A DNA stretch of 59,956 bases, the filler included, from Fonticula-like sp. SCN 57-25 (taxonomy: Eukaryota): NCBI GenBank assembly GCA_001724245.1. It is 10 parts of 10 records of this genome, joined end to end, with 100 filler letters (N's around TTAATTAATTAA, not from the genome) between each part and the next. Parts side by side here need not be neighbours in the genome. Positions count along the whole stretch, not along the records: positions 1 to 5,846 come from MEDX01000510.1; positions 5,947 to 11,789 come from MEDX01000511.1; 8 more parts are not named here. One strand, written 5' to 3'. Each line of letters opens with the position of its first letter. Position 1 is the stretch's first letter. The notes beneath the pieces are model-generated. The model was not told the origin of the DNA. It was given only the letters and a program-made list of their open reading frames with translations, and ran no database searches. The translations under genes were made by a program, and so were the position numbers. Of the stretch, positions 1 through 11,889 are shown piece after piece.

Positions 1-1146
1 GAAGGCCATATCAAACTGACCGATTTCGGACTTTCGCGCATCATTGTAAACAACCAGGAGGACGAAAAAGATGCGGCGCCGTCGCCGGCTGTTGTCGTTC
101 CGCCGCCCACGCGGCCGCTTTCAAAGTCGAATTCCACGCCGAATATCGGAAAGATTCTAAAGGGTCCGGCGCCCGCGCGCGCGAGTGCGGCGGCGGCGGC
201 CGAGGCGGCGGCGGCGGCGGTGCCGACAAGTGCAGAGCAGAAAAAGGGGTCGGCGCGCGCGCACAACTCGTCAAAGGCGATGTTGGGGACGCCAGACTAT
301 TTGGCGCCAGAGCTGCTGCTCGGGATTGGGCACGGGCCGGAAGTGGATTGGTGGGCGTTGGGGGTGTGTATATTTGAGTTTTTGACGGGGGCGCCGCCGT
401 TTTCGGATGACACGCCAGAGCTCATCTTTAAGAATATTCTCGCCAATGGTGCGTGGACGCTGAATATGTGTGAGGTTACTAACGATGCTTTTTTTTCCTT
501 TTTTCGTGTCATTCTTTGTTGGTTTGTGTCATTTTTGGGTCATTTTCGGTCACTTTTCGTCACTTTTTCGTGTCATTTTTGTCATCTCGCCTCTTTTTTA
601 TCACTTTTTCCTTCCCTTCCTTTCACAGAGATGGTGTGGCCCGAGGACCCCGAGGACATGCCACCTCCCGACGCCGTCGACCTCATCAAGCGCCTCCTCA
701 ACCACGACCCCACCAAGCGCCTCAAAGCCGCCGACGTCAAATCACACGCCTTTTTCGCCTCTGTCGACTGGGAAAACCTCCGCTCCTTCCCCGCGCCGTT
801 CATTCCCAAGCCAGAGAGCTTTGAAGACACGAGCTACTTTGACGCGCGGAATGACCGCGAGGACATTCGACGCCTGCAGGCCGCCGACACGGACCCGATC
901 GCGATCCCGTCGCCGCTCGCGTCGGCGCACAACAGCGACAGCAATGATGGTGATGAGCGGGCGGGGCGCGCTGCAATGATTCCGGGAAGTTTGCTGAGTA
1001 TTACTGGTGGCGGCTCGCCGGACGATGAGAGGAATGACGGCTTTGATGTGTTTCAGTACAAGAATATTGAGTACTTGGAGGAGCTGAACAAGAATGCGCT
1101 CAGTAGGGCGCCAACGTCGGCGCCAGGGTCGCCGGGAAGGCGCTGA
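1..1146 (+). CDS. Greatwall/MASTL-like AGC Ser/Thr kinase, 5'-partial; intron 449-628
   Basis: Frame 1 reads GHIKLTDFGLS, an insert, then LGTPDYLAPELLLGIGHGPEVDWWALGVCIFEFLTGAPPF and PFIPKPESFEDTSYFDARN. Removing the GTGCGT...CACAG intron keeps the frame. Confidence 0.85.
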   Translation, partial: EGHIKLTDFGLSRIIVNNQEDEKDAAPSPAVVVPPPTRPLSKSNSTPNIGKILKGPAPARASAAAAAEAAAAAVPTSAEQKKGSARAHNSSKAMLGTPDYLAPELLLGIGHGPEVDWWALGVCIFEFLTGAPPFSDDTPELIFKNILANGAWTLNMCEVTNDAFFSFFRVILCWFVSFLGHFRSLFVTFSCHFCHLASFLSLFPSLPFTEMVWPEDPEDMPPPDAVDLIKRLLNHDPTKRLKAADVKSHAFFASVDWENLRSFPAPFIPKPESFEDTSYFDARNDREDIRRLQAADTDPIAIPSPLASAHNSDSNDGDERAGRAAMIPGSLLSITGGGSPDDERNDGFDVFQYKNIEYLEELNKNALSRAPTSAPGSPGRR

Positions 1147-1491
1147 TTGGTCAGTTTGACGAGAACGTTACAACGTTGTGTGCATTATTATCATTATTAT
1201 CATTATTGCCAGCATCAGGTTAGACCAGCATAATACAATGTCTTGTTGTGCGGGTGGCATGGCGTGCGGATGGCGATAGAGCCAATCTGTATGTGTGCTG
1301 CGTTTTGTACATACAGACAAGCGCTTTTGCGTAGGATATACAAATATATTACTTTTGTGTGGATATTCTGGAACATATTATTGCGACTGGTTTTACCACG
1401 AACAAACAGATAAAATTTTGATATGGGTTAAAATAAAACTGATACAACGGGATGTTGTAGCTACGGAAATTATCTCATACGACGTACGAAT

Positions 1492-3330
1492 TTATGCATC
1501 GAGATCTAGCGCTGAACGCATTCTTGCCACTGCCTCTGCGCGCTCCTCGCGACTTTCACCCACCTTGTTGACCCGCCCGAGCGAGATCAGCAATGCACGT
1601 AGTTCTCCATTTTCGCGGTACAGTCCCACGTGCTTCCACTGTGGCTTACCTTGCTCCGTCGCGCGCCCAGGCTTCCTCAGGTTCGTATGCTCCCAGCCGG
1701 CCGCCGCCATGCGCTCAATCGCGCGCCCCGTCGCCTCGCGCACTTGCGCCGCATACGCTGCGTCTGGGCCGTTCTTTGGGCACATCCAGACGTACGGCAG
1801 CAGCAGGGCAGGTCGGTCGGCCAGAGTCAGTGAGCGCACGTCAAGCTGCCACGCCTCCTTCCACACAATGGCTTCCTCGTCGTCAACGCCAAAGGAATAC
1901 TCTCTGACAAACTTGATTACGCAAAGTGCGCCGCTCTCGGTCGCCGCCAGCCATGCACGGCCATATTCGCCGTCGGGGGAGAGCTTTTCAAGCAGAGTGT
2001 ATGACGTTGGGTCGCCGGGCGGAATGGCCACGTTTGCTGACACGGCAAAGTCGGGCGGTAGTGTGGCCCATGACCAGGTGGTCTCGTTTACCTGGACGAA
2101 CTCGCGCGTGGCACCAAAGGCCGGTGAAGAGGCCATCTTGACGAGCACGGAGAGCAGCGTCGGCACGAGGTCCTTGTCACTCCACAGCATTACTTTGCCA
2201 GCGTGAACAACGCGATCCTCTTCCGGTATAGGGGCGGCCTTTGGAGCAGTAGAGTAAGCCGCGTTTGATGCGGTGGCCTCGCCGTGCCACCAGATTGGAA
2301 AGGTCGGCATAGTTTTAGGTTGAGGAGATGGCGGACGTTGAGATGATGTGCTGTCAACCAATGGGCTCGCCGCGGAAGCATCGCAGTCGCTGAGCCAAAA
2401 GATGCGCCACTCTTTATAGGTGGACGCAATGCAAAAGACGTCACGCAGACCAAAGCTAGAGCGGATATGCTTCATATAGTCCAGTACCTCCCCGGCCAAC
2501 GCCTCGCTGCTCAGAATACCAGTAGCAGGATCCTTGATTGCTGCCACGCCAATAGGCACTTCATGGGACGATAGCTCAAAGGACGATAGCATCCACATGT
2601 CTGAGTACCCGGCAAAGGCATACACGTCTTTTCTAACCCTTAAGCATTTCTCATCGAACACCTCAGGAAGGGCTCGAATGGCGTCCTCCAACACTGCGCT
2701 AACAAAGGCGCCGATGCAGTGTAGGTTGATGTACTCGAGCTTCTTAGATGCATACTGGGTGTATAGCATCGACCGAGTCGATTGTCGGACGTTGTACTGA
2801 TCTTTCTGCAGCAGACAAAAGCTTTTCTCTATGATGTTGGCCCCCGTATGCTTCTTGGGGTGTGGAGGGTGAATCAAATTGACCCACCTAGGGTGGGTAT
2901 TTAAGAGCGGCGGCAGTCCGAAATTAATCAAGGGGCCTACCAGCGCGTAAATGAACAATTCCGCTTGGATGTTATCCGTACTCATGTTGGCGTTCCTTGC
3001 GTCGATTGCCTTCATCCACTCTTGAACAGCAGCTTCAAACCTCGCACCTTCAGCCTTTTTGCGCGCTTCAGCAGCAGCCCTCGCCTCTTTGGCAACCGCA
3101 TTTAGCTTGCTCCACTCATCACAGGCAGTCCTCTTCTTGACTTTCAAAGCCTTAAGCTTTTCTTCAACAGCCTCAGCCATGTTTTCGGCACCTGCCTCAA
3201 TAACCTCAATCTCGTCTTCAATAGCCTCGATCTCCTCTTCAATATCACATATCTTCGTAGTAATAGCCTTCAACTCCTCATCGGCAATTTCTACGAGCCT
3301 TTCATGCTCCTCCGCGGTCAACTCGCTCAT
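1492..3330 (-). CDS. Intronless 612-aa protein: N-terminal coiled coil, degenerate REase-like domain and kinase-like domain (Crinkler-like architecture)
   Basis: REase-like segment SDMWML...IGVAAIKDP...GEVLDYM...FGLRDVFCIASTYKEWRIFWL; kinase-like segment GEYGRAWL...CVIKF...GWEHTNL...LLISLG. Confidence 0.6.
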   Translation of the reverse strand: MSELTAEEHERLVEIADEELKAITTKICDIEEEIEAIEDEIEVIEAGAENMAEAVEEKLKALKVKKRTACDEWSKLNAVAKEARAAAEARKKAEGARFEAAVQEWMKAIDARNANMSTDNIQAELFIYALVGPLINFGLPPLLNTHPRWVNLIHPPHPKKHTGANIIEKSFCLLQKDQYNVRQSTRSMLYTQYASKKLEYINLHCIGAFVSAVLEDAIRALPEVFDEKCLRVRKDVYAFAGYSDMWMLSSFELSSHEVPIGVAAIKDPATGILSSEALAGEVLDYMKHIRSSFGLRDVFCIASTYKEWRIFWLSDCDASAASPLVDSTSSQRPPSPQPKTMPTFPIWWHGEATASNAAYSTAPKAAPIPEEDRVVHAGKVMLWSDKDLVPTLLSVLVKMASSPAFGATREFVQVNETTWSWATLPPDFAVSANVAIPPGDPTSYTLLEKLSPDGEYGRAWLAATESGALCVIKFVREYSFGVDDEEAIVWKEAWQLDVRSLTLADRPALLLPYVWMCPKNGPDAAYAAQVREATGRAIERMAAAGWEHTNLRKPGRATEQGKPQWKHVGLYRENGELRALLISLGRVNKVGESREERAEAVARMRSALDLDA

Positions 3331-3551
3331 CTTGCCGATCTACGCGGAACGCGCCAGCTGAGGTTTACGTTTGAAAGGTCCATGTCGAATGCTGACCATC
3401 CTGCCGAGTGCTGACATCCGACCCCTGACTCTGGCCCTGATTTGTGATCTCAAACCACCCCAGACTCTACCCCAGTTTGAAACATTCCTGTCTTGTCACG
3501 TGATTTTATTGTTGTGATTGGTCGGTTTGCGCGTGTGAAGGTGTCTGAAAG

Positions 3552-5846
3552 ATGGCGAGCACGGGCGGGACGTCGACGATATCGCCAGGTGCGCCTCGAT
3601 GCCCCGCGCGCTTATTCGCGTAAATTTTTTTTGCTTTGTTATATATGTCTTTATTGTTTTTTCCCATTGTTTCTTTGCGTTTGTCCTAATCAGTGTGGCT
3701 AGACGCGACGACACGCCGCAAGCGTGCGATGCTGTCGCGCAAGCTCGCGCTGCGTCCGCCGGTCGAGCAGCTCCTTCAGCAGAATGTGCTGCACTCTGAC
3801 GATGTCTTTTCGCGGACCGTTTCGCTCAAGCTCGGCGAATTTGAACGGGACAAGAAAGAGGCCGTTCTAAATCGCAAGCTTGCCGATCGCCCGTCCCGGG
3901 AGCGCCTTGTCGAGATGAATCTATTGCCAGTCCCCGGCCCTGCGCCGCACAGCATCGGCCTTTCCAAGGAAATGATTGAGAGCCAGCTTAATAAGAAGCT
4001 TGCAAGTCGGCCGTCGCGCGAGGAGCTCGTCGATCAGCACAAGCTCCTCCCCGGCGACGATGCGCTGCATGCCGCCGCGCGCGCCAAGGTCCAGCGCAAG
4101 CTGATCGAGACATCGCTCAACCACGCGCTCGGCCTAAAGTACGGCTCGCGTTTCTCCGGCTCCGCGCGCGAAGCAGAGCCGCTTGTCCGCCAATGGGATG
4201 CGCGTCGCGAGCACGTTGCCACAACATCACCATCAGAATCTGCCGCGGCATCGGCATCGGCGTCGACATGCGCTGCCTCGTCCGACTTTGCGACGCGGTC
4301 ATACGAACTGCGCGACGAGTCTGAGACGCCCCCGATGTCACCGACGACGGCCCGCAAGGTGAGTCGCGAGCTGAAGCGCGCGCTGTCGTCGCAGTCGCTG
4401 CTCCAAAAGTCGCAGTTTATCCGCGCACTGCAGGACGAAGGGCGGTTCGTGTGCGTAAACTGCTGCTCAGAAGACTTTCAGGGACTTGAATTGTCGTCGC
4501 CGAGGTACTCTTACAAGGACTTTTATAATGAGGAGGAGTGGAAGGACCTCGGGCTCGTCCCGTCGCACCACGCAGCGGGCGCGCGCAGCAAACAGTACGT
4601 ATCATGGCCATGTGTATGAGGGTTGCTGGTGAATATGCGGATAGTTAAACAGAATAATCTGCATTCCATTCATTGATGTATCGTCTATTTTTTTGGTTTG
4701 TGTCATCAATTTCACTGATGTTTATTTTGTTTTTTGCGTATTTTCATTGATAATCGTCTATTTTTCTGCTCATTTTCCTTTCTTTTTTCCTCCCTTTTCA
4801 CTTGACTCACCTCTTCCCAGCCTATGCAATGCCTGCTTTGGCGTATGCCCCTGCGGCACCCCCATCAGCAACGATGGCACCTGCGACAACTGCGGCTCCC
4901 TCGCCCCCCTCAGCAACGTCGGCCCGCGCCGCGCCCCCGAGCACCGCCGCCCGCGCTCCCACTCGGAGGTCGGCCAGCGCAGGCAATTGCAGCTCGAGAG
5001 GAGCGAAAAAGTTCCCGCCGTCGCCGTCGGAGCGCCGTTTCGCGGAACTGGACCGCGTATTCAATGGAAGTCGGCAAAGGAAAGTAACGACGAAAGCAAA
5101 AATAATGCCCACGTGGACAAGAGCAAACACGATGACAATGTTGCTGGTGGCCACGTGGACAGTGCTGACCCAGCTGGCACTGTCGCTGGTCTTGTGGATG
5201 GCGTCAAGGCACTTGGTGTTTCTGATCATGCTGACACGCCCACGAGCACACTTGACGAGTCTGATGATGACCACGTGGACGAAGTAGATGAACCAATCGC
5301 CGTCGAGGTTTGTGAGTTTGTGCGTTACCGTTTCAAAAACAGCTTTACGGACGACTGCTACCTGTGGCACGTGGACGCTGACGAGTCGTCTTCCTCGTCG
5401 GCAAGCTCTGATGAGGCTGATGGTCAGGAGGGTGACAAGGGAGAAGAGGCAGAAGATGAAGAAGAGGAGCCGCTTGTTTACCGTGAGGATTCGGATGAGA
5501 CATTGCACTTTGCGGGCAGGCGCGGCGGACTTTACTTTTGCGAGACGGATGCTGACAATAACACTTTTGTGCTCGTATTTGGTCATATGAGTGGTACGAG
5601 AAATTGCGCGGGAATAAATGTTTTATAACATTGCATGGTTTATTATTGCTAATATGATTGATACTTTGGTTTATTTATCTTCTTCTGAATCGTTTGCTTC
5701 CTTGTTGCTAATACTTATTTAGAAAATGAGATTGAATATTCGGTGAATTCGACGCGCGTTTACCTGCACGACTCTAAAAGAGACTACTTTTACTTTGCTG
5801 ACAAATCGGCCGGACAAGTATTCTACTTTGACCCCGCCACAAAGTC
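3552..5846 (+). CDS. RPEL-repeat protein with Cys-rich and acidic C-terminal regions, 3'-partial; introns 3589-3702, 4595-4820, 5594-5722
   Basis: Three RPEL repeats (KLALRPPVEQL, KLADRPSRERL, KLASRPSREEL). All three GT-AG introns join the ORFs in phase. Confidence 0.75.
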
Positions 5847-5946
5847 NNNNNNNNNNNNNNNNNNNNNNNNNNNNNNNNNNNNNNNNNNNNTTAATTAATT
5901 AANNNNNNNNNNNNNNNNNNNNNNNNNNNNNNNNNNNNNNNNNNNN
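5847..5946. other. Artificial contig linker; also at 11790-11889, 17729-17828, 23659-23758, 29585-29684, 35513-35612, 41412-41511, 47274-47373, 53134-53233
   Basis: Identical 44N-TTAATTAATTAA-44N blocks that give stops in all six frames. Confidence 0.98.
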
Positions 5947-7468
5947 GCCGCGCGTGACGCCGAGGGCGAGCGTGGCCGGAAGGAAGCAGACAAGGTGGTC
6001 CATCTTGGGCGTCATGGGGCCGTTGATGCCAGACTGAAGCTCGCCGATAAACGTGAGGCCCGACGGCTTGCTGTGACCCACAAGCTAACAAGGACGAGGT
6101 GAGAGGCAAGAAACAACAAAGCCAAAGCCAAACCTTTTCGTGAATGCCGTCGACCGCGTCATCGTACATCTTGCGCAGCCTACGAAAACAGAGTCAGTAC
6201 AAGGTATATCTTTTTCACCGCCGCACTTGTCGTCCTCGCAGCCGCCCATCAGCCAGCGCTTGATGAGGTACTCGTAGTAGCTGTCGCCGCGCGACCCGAG
6301 GCGGATCTCGTTCGTGGTGAAGCGACCAGTGTCGGGGCTGATGAAGATGGGCACCAATCCGTGCGGGCGGTCAAGGGTCTCAATGTGCGTAAAGACGGCG
6401 TCGGCCTTTTCGGCGTAGCTGGGGTCCTGCGGCAGAGACGTAAGGATCTTTGCAATGGAAGGAAAAGAAAACGTACGCCAGTGATATGCGAGAGCATGGC
6501 AAACTCGAGCTGCAGCGTGGCAACCTCGGCCGTGCTGCTGGCGCCTCCATTGTGCTCAGAGCGCACGCCGGCCTTTTTCTGTAGCACTGGTGAGACAAGA
6601 ACAAAGCCGTGAGGCAGCGCACCGCAAAGTTGACCGAGGCAACTGGAATGGGCGTCTTGCTCTCTTCAAAGGCAAGCATAAGAAGGTCGCCGAGCTCCGT
6701 GGCACGCGCCTTAAGAAGCTCGTTGCCCGACCAGTAGTAGCCGGCCAGCAGGCCGCCAAGGGCGCGGATCGTCACCTCAAACAGGTTCGAGTTGGTGTCA
6801 CTGTTGAACTTGAGGTTGTCCTGCTCAAAGCAGTTAGCGAAAAGCAAGAAAAAGTGGCGCCGTACTGGAATATACTCCACAACTTCACTAAACTCGACGA
6901 CGAGACCCAAATGCCACAGCATGTCCACGTTGTCGAGCATCATGAGCGAGATGCCAAACCAGTCGTGCCCTTTCTTCGACACCGGCAGCAGCTCGTCCTT
7001 GCCAAACGCAAAATCCTTGTATCCCTTCCACGCGTGCCTGACAGCGATCATAACATCCTCCTGGCGGTCATAGTTCTTAGGATCCATAACAGGTTTGCCG
7101 ACTACCGCCCGCGGGCGTTCCGGGTCCGGCCCCACAGTGTGGCGGGGGATGTACACTTCGGTCGGCTTTGCAGTCACCTTCACGATCGGGCTCAAAACCA
7201 CATCCTCATCCGGTCCCACTCCGTTATCAACAACGATTGTCCTCTCGCTGTCGGCCTGCCTACCCGCCGGAATGGCGAGGTAGCCGACGGTCAAAATGAC
7301 CGCGAGCAGAATGAGGTGGTTGCGGCGAAGCTTGATCATTGGCAACTAAGGGCGGGATCGTTAGCAGCTGGATCGGCCATAGCGCGTCGCTCGCACAGAA
7401 AACCACGGTCTCTCGTTCCGCTTTTTTTTGTCGTTGTCGTACGCGTCCTGCCTGGTAAACGGGAGCAT
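5947..7468 (-). CDS. GH47 alpha-1,2-mannosidase (MNS1/MAN1B1-like), multi-exon, 3'-partial
   Basis: N-terminal TM helix; [69 protein letters not shown]. First intron 7346-7396. Confidence 0.92.
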
Positions 7469-7631
7469 CAAGCTCGCTTCACCATGCACCTCGCGCGCCG
7501 GTGTGGAGGTGTTTTAGTTTACAATCAAAGCAAACTGCAAGAGGTATTGCAATCACCCCCCCCCAGTTTTCCGCTGCAGGGTGTCGCCGCCAAACCACCA
7601 CGCTTTGTTCTCACGGTGAGGAAGGTTGCGA

Positions 7632-9709
<2,078 letters not shown>

Positions 9710-9883
9710 GGGCGAGGCTGCAATGCACCCGTCGCCTGTCCTATATGTCCATAGAAAATATGTGCGGCGGCTCTGTGGCCGGTCTGCTTACCATTAAAAT
9801 AGCATGCATAGGAAAATATCCATATATTACTAGGCAGTACAAAAAGTAGCAAAGATAGGCAAAAAGGCAAACATGCGCATCAA

Positions 9884-11383
9884 CTATTCAATGAATTCCC
9901 TTTTATCAAGCTCGATCTTGTTCTTGAAATAGCGGATGGTTTCCAGTAACCCCTCCTCAGCCGTAAACTGCGGCTGCCACCCGAGCTCGGCGCGGGCAAC
10001 GCTAATGTCGGGCTTGCGCTTCTGCGGGTCGTCCACAACGGCCCCGGTGTTGACAATTTGAGCATCCGGGTTCACAATGTCGCGAATCATTTCGGCCTAG
10101 GCACGCATGTCAGCATTTGGTTGGTGGCAGAAAAAAGCGAAAAAACCGCGGGAAAACGCACAAATTGGCCGATGGTAAACTCTTCGGGGTTGCCGACGTT
10201 GACGGGCTGAGTGTAGTTTGACTCCATGAGGGCAATCAGGCCGTTGACAAGGTCGTGCACAAACTGGAAGGAGCGCGTCTGCTCGCCGCTGCCGTAGACG
10301 GTGATCTTGTCGCCGTGGAGCGCCTGCTTGATAAAGTTGGACACCACGCGGCCGTCATCCTCCGCCATGCGAGGGCCAAACGTGTTGAAAATGCGAATCA
10401 CGCGCACATCAACATTCTCTTGCCTAAAATATGCGGGTTAAATCCACAAGAACAGCGTGAAGCATAAGAACGCACTGCTCGTAAGAGTAGGTGAGCGTCT
10501 CGGCCATGCGCTTGGACTCGTCGTAGCAGGCGCGCGGGCCAATAGGGTTAACGTTGCCCCAGTACGACTCGGGCTGCGGGTGCACCAGCGGGTCACCATA
10601 CACCTCTGAATTAAAGGCAACACGTGTCAGCATTCATGCGAACAAGCGGGAGAAAAAAACCGGCGCACCGGACGTGCTGGCGAGCAGGAAGCGGGCCTTG
10701 ACGCGCCTCGCCAGACCGAGCATGTTAATAGTGCCAATGGTGTTCGTCTTGATGGTCTTAACTGGATTAAGCTGGTACTGCGGGGGCGACGCAGGCGAGG
10801 CAAGGTGGTAAATGCGGTCGACCTCGAGCATGATCGGCTCAACGACATCGTGGCGGATCAGCTCAAAGTGCGGGTGCCCATTCCAGTGCGCGACATTCTC
10901 CTTGCGCCCGGTGAAAAAGTTGTCAACCTACAAAGTCAAATATGTGAGCGCAAACGCCGGGTCTCTCGGACGCAGACGCACCACAATGACGTGATGACCC
11001 ATGAGCATCAGACGATCCACAAGGTGAGAGCCCACGAAGCCAGCGCCTCCGGTAACAAGAATGCGGTGGCGCTCGTCAATGGGGATGTTTTTAACAGGGG
11101 GGTACTTGGCGGGGAAGCCTCCTGTGCCCAGACTCTTGAACGAGTTGGGCTCATCCGTCAGGTAAAGCGGCCGCAGGGTAGACCACTTGACCTCATGGCC
11201 AAGAACCGGCACCTATACGCCTTGTTAGTCGCAGAATACTCAACGGCAAATAGAAAAGGAACGAACCCGAATAATGCGCTCCTGCTCAGTAGCGTAGATC
11301 GTGTGCCCCGCCATCAAAAGCGCCATGACGACAGCCACGCTCACGACAGAGACCATAGCTGAGCGTCTCAGCGAAAATCGCAT
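9884..11383 (-). CDS. UXS1: UDP-glucuronate decarboxylase (UDP-xylose synthase), membrane-anchored, multi-exon
   Basis: [36 protein letters not shown]...[30 protein letters not shown]-terminal hydrophobic anchor. Confidence 0.95.
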
Positions 11384-11612
11384 CAAATTCACTTTCAGCG
11401 GCGCTGTTTAAAACTGATAATAGCCGGTCACAAAGAGCTCACAACAAATGGCAAACTACAACGCGAAACCAAACTACCCTTGCAGCCAATCAATCCTCCA
11501 CCGCAGCCAGGCTTCTGCAGAACCGGACTGACCAACGCGACTCGTGCCGGTATTTGATGCAAACTGGTTAATGTTTGCACGAAGCAGCAAACTACGTTCA
11601 GTTTGCAACGCG

Positions 11613-11789
11613 ATGAAGGTGCGGTGGGCGGCGGTGCTGGCCGTGCTGCTCGCGGCCGGCGCGGTCGCTCTTTCCACAGAGTACGAGGCGCACCACGACT
11701 TTCACGGGCCGATCAAGCAATTGCAAAAGATCATTCAGCGAACGGGAGAAGAAGGTGCGTTTCAATTTGCTTTCGCGGCGCAATCTGAC
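11613..11789 (+). CDS. 5' fragment of a secreted or membrane protein
   Basis: Signal peptide MKVRWAAVLAVLLAAGAVA followed by a GTGCGT donor; truncated by the contig end. Confidence 0.55.
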
Positions 11790-11889
11790 NNNNNNNNNNN
11801 NNNNNNNNNNNNNNNNNNNNNNNNNNNNNNNNNTTAATTAATTAANNNNNNNNNNNNNNNNNNNNNNNNNNNNNNNNNNNNNNNNNNNN

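Noticed and set aside
5847..5946. Regularly spaced TTAATTAATTAA palindromes about every 5.9 kb
   Set aside because: They are artificial linkers inside N runs, so adjacency across them has no biological meaning.
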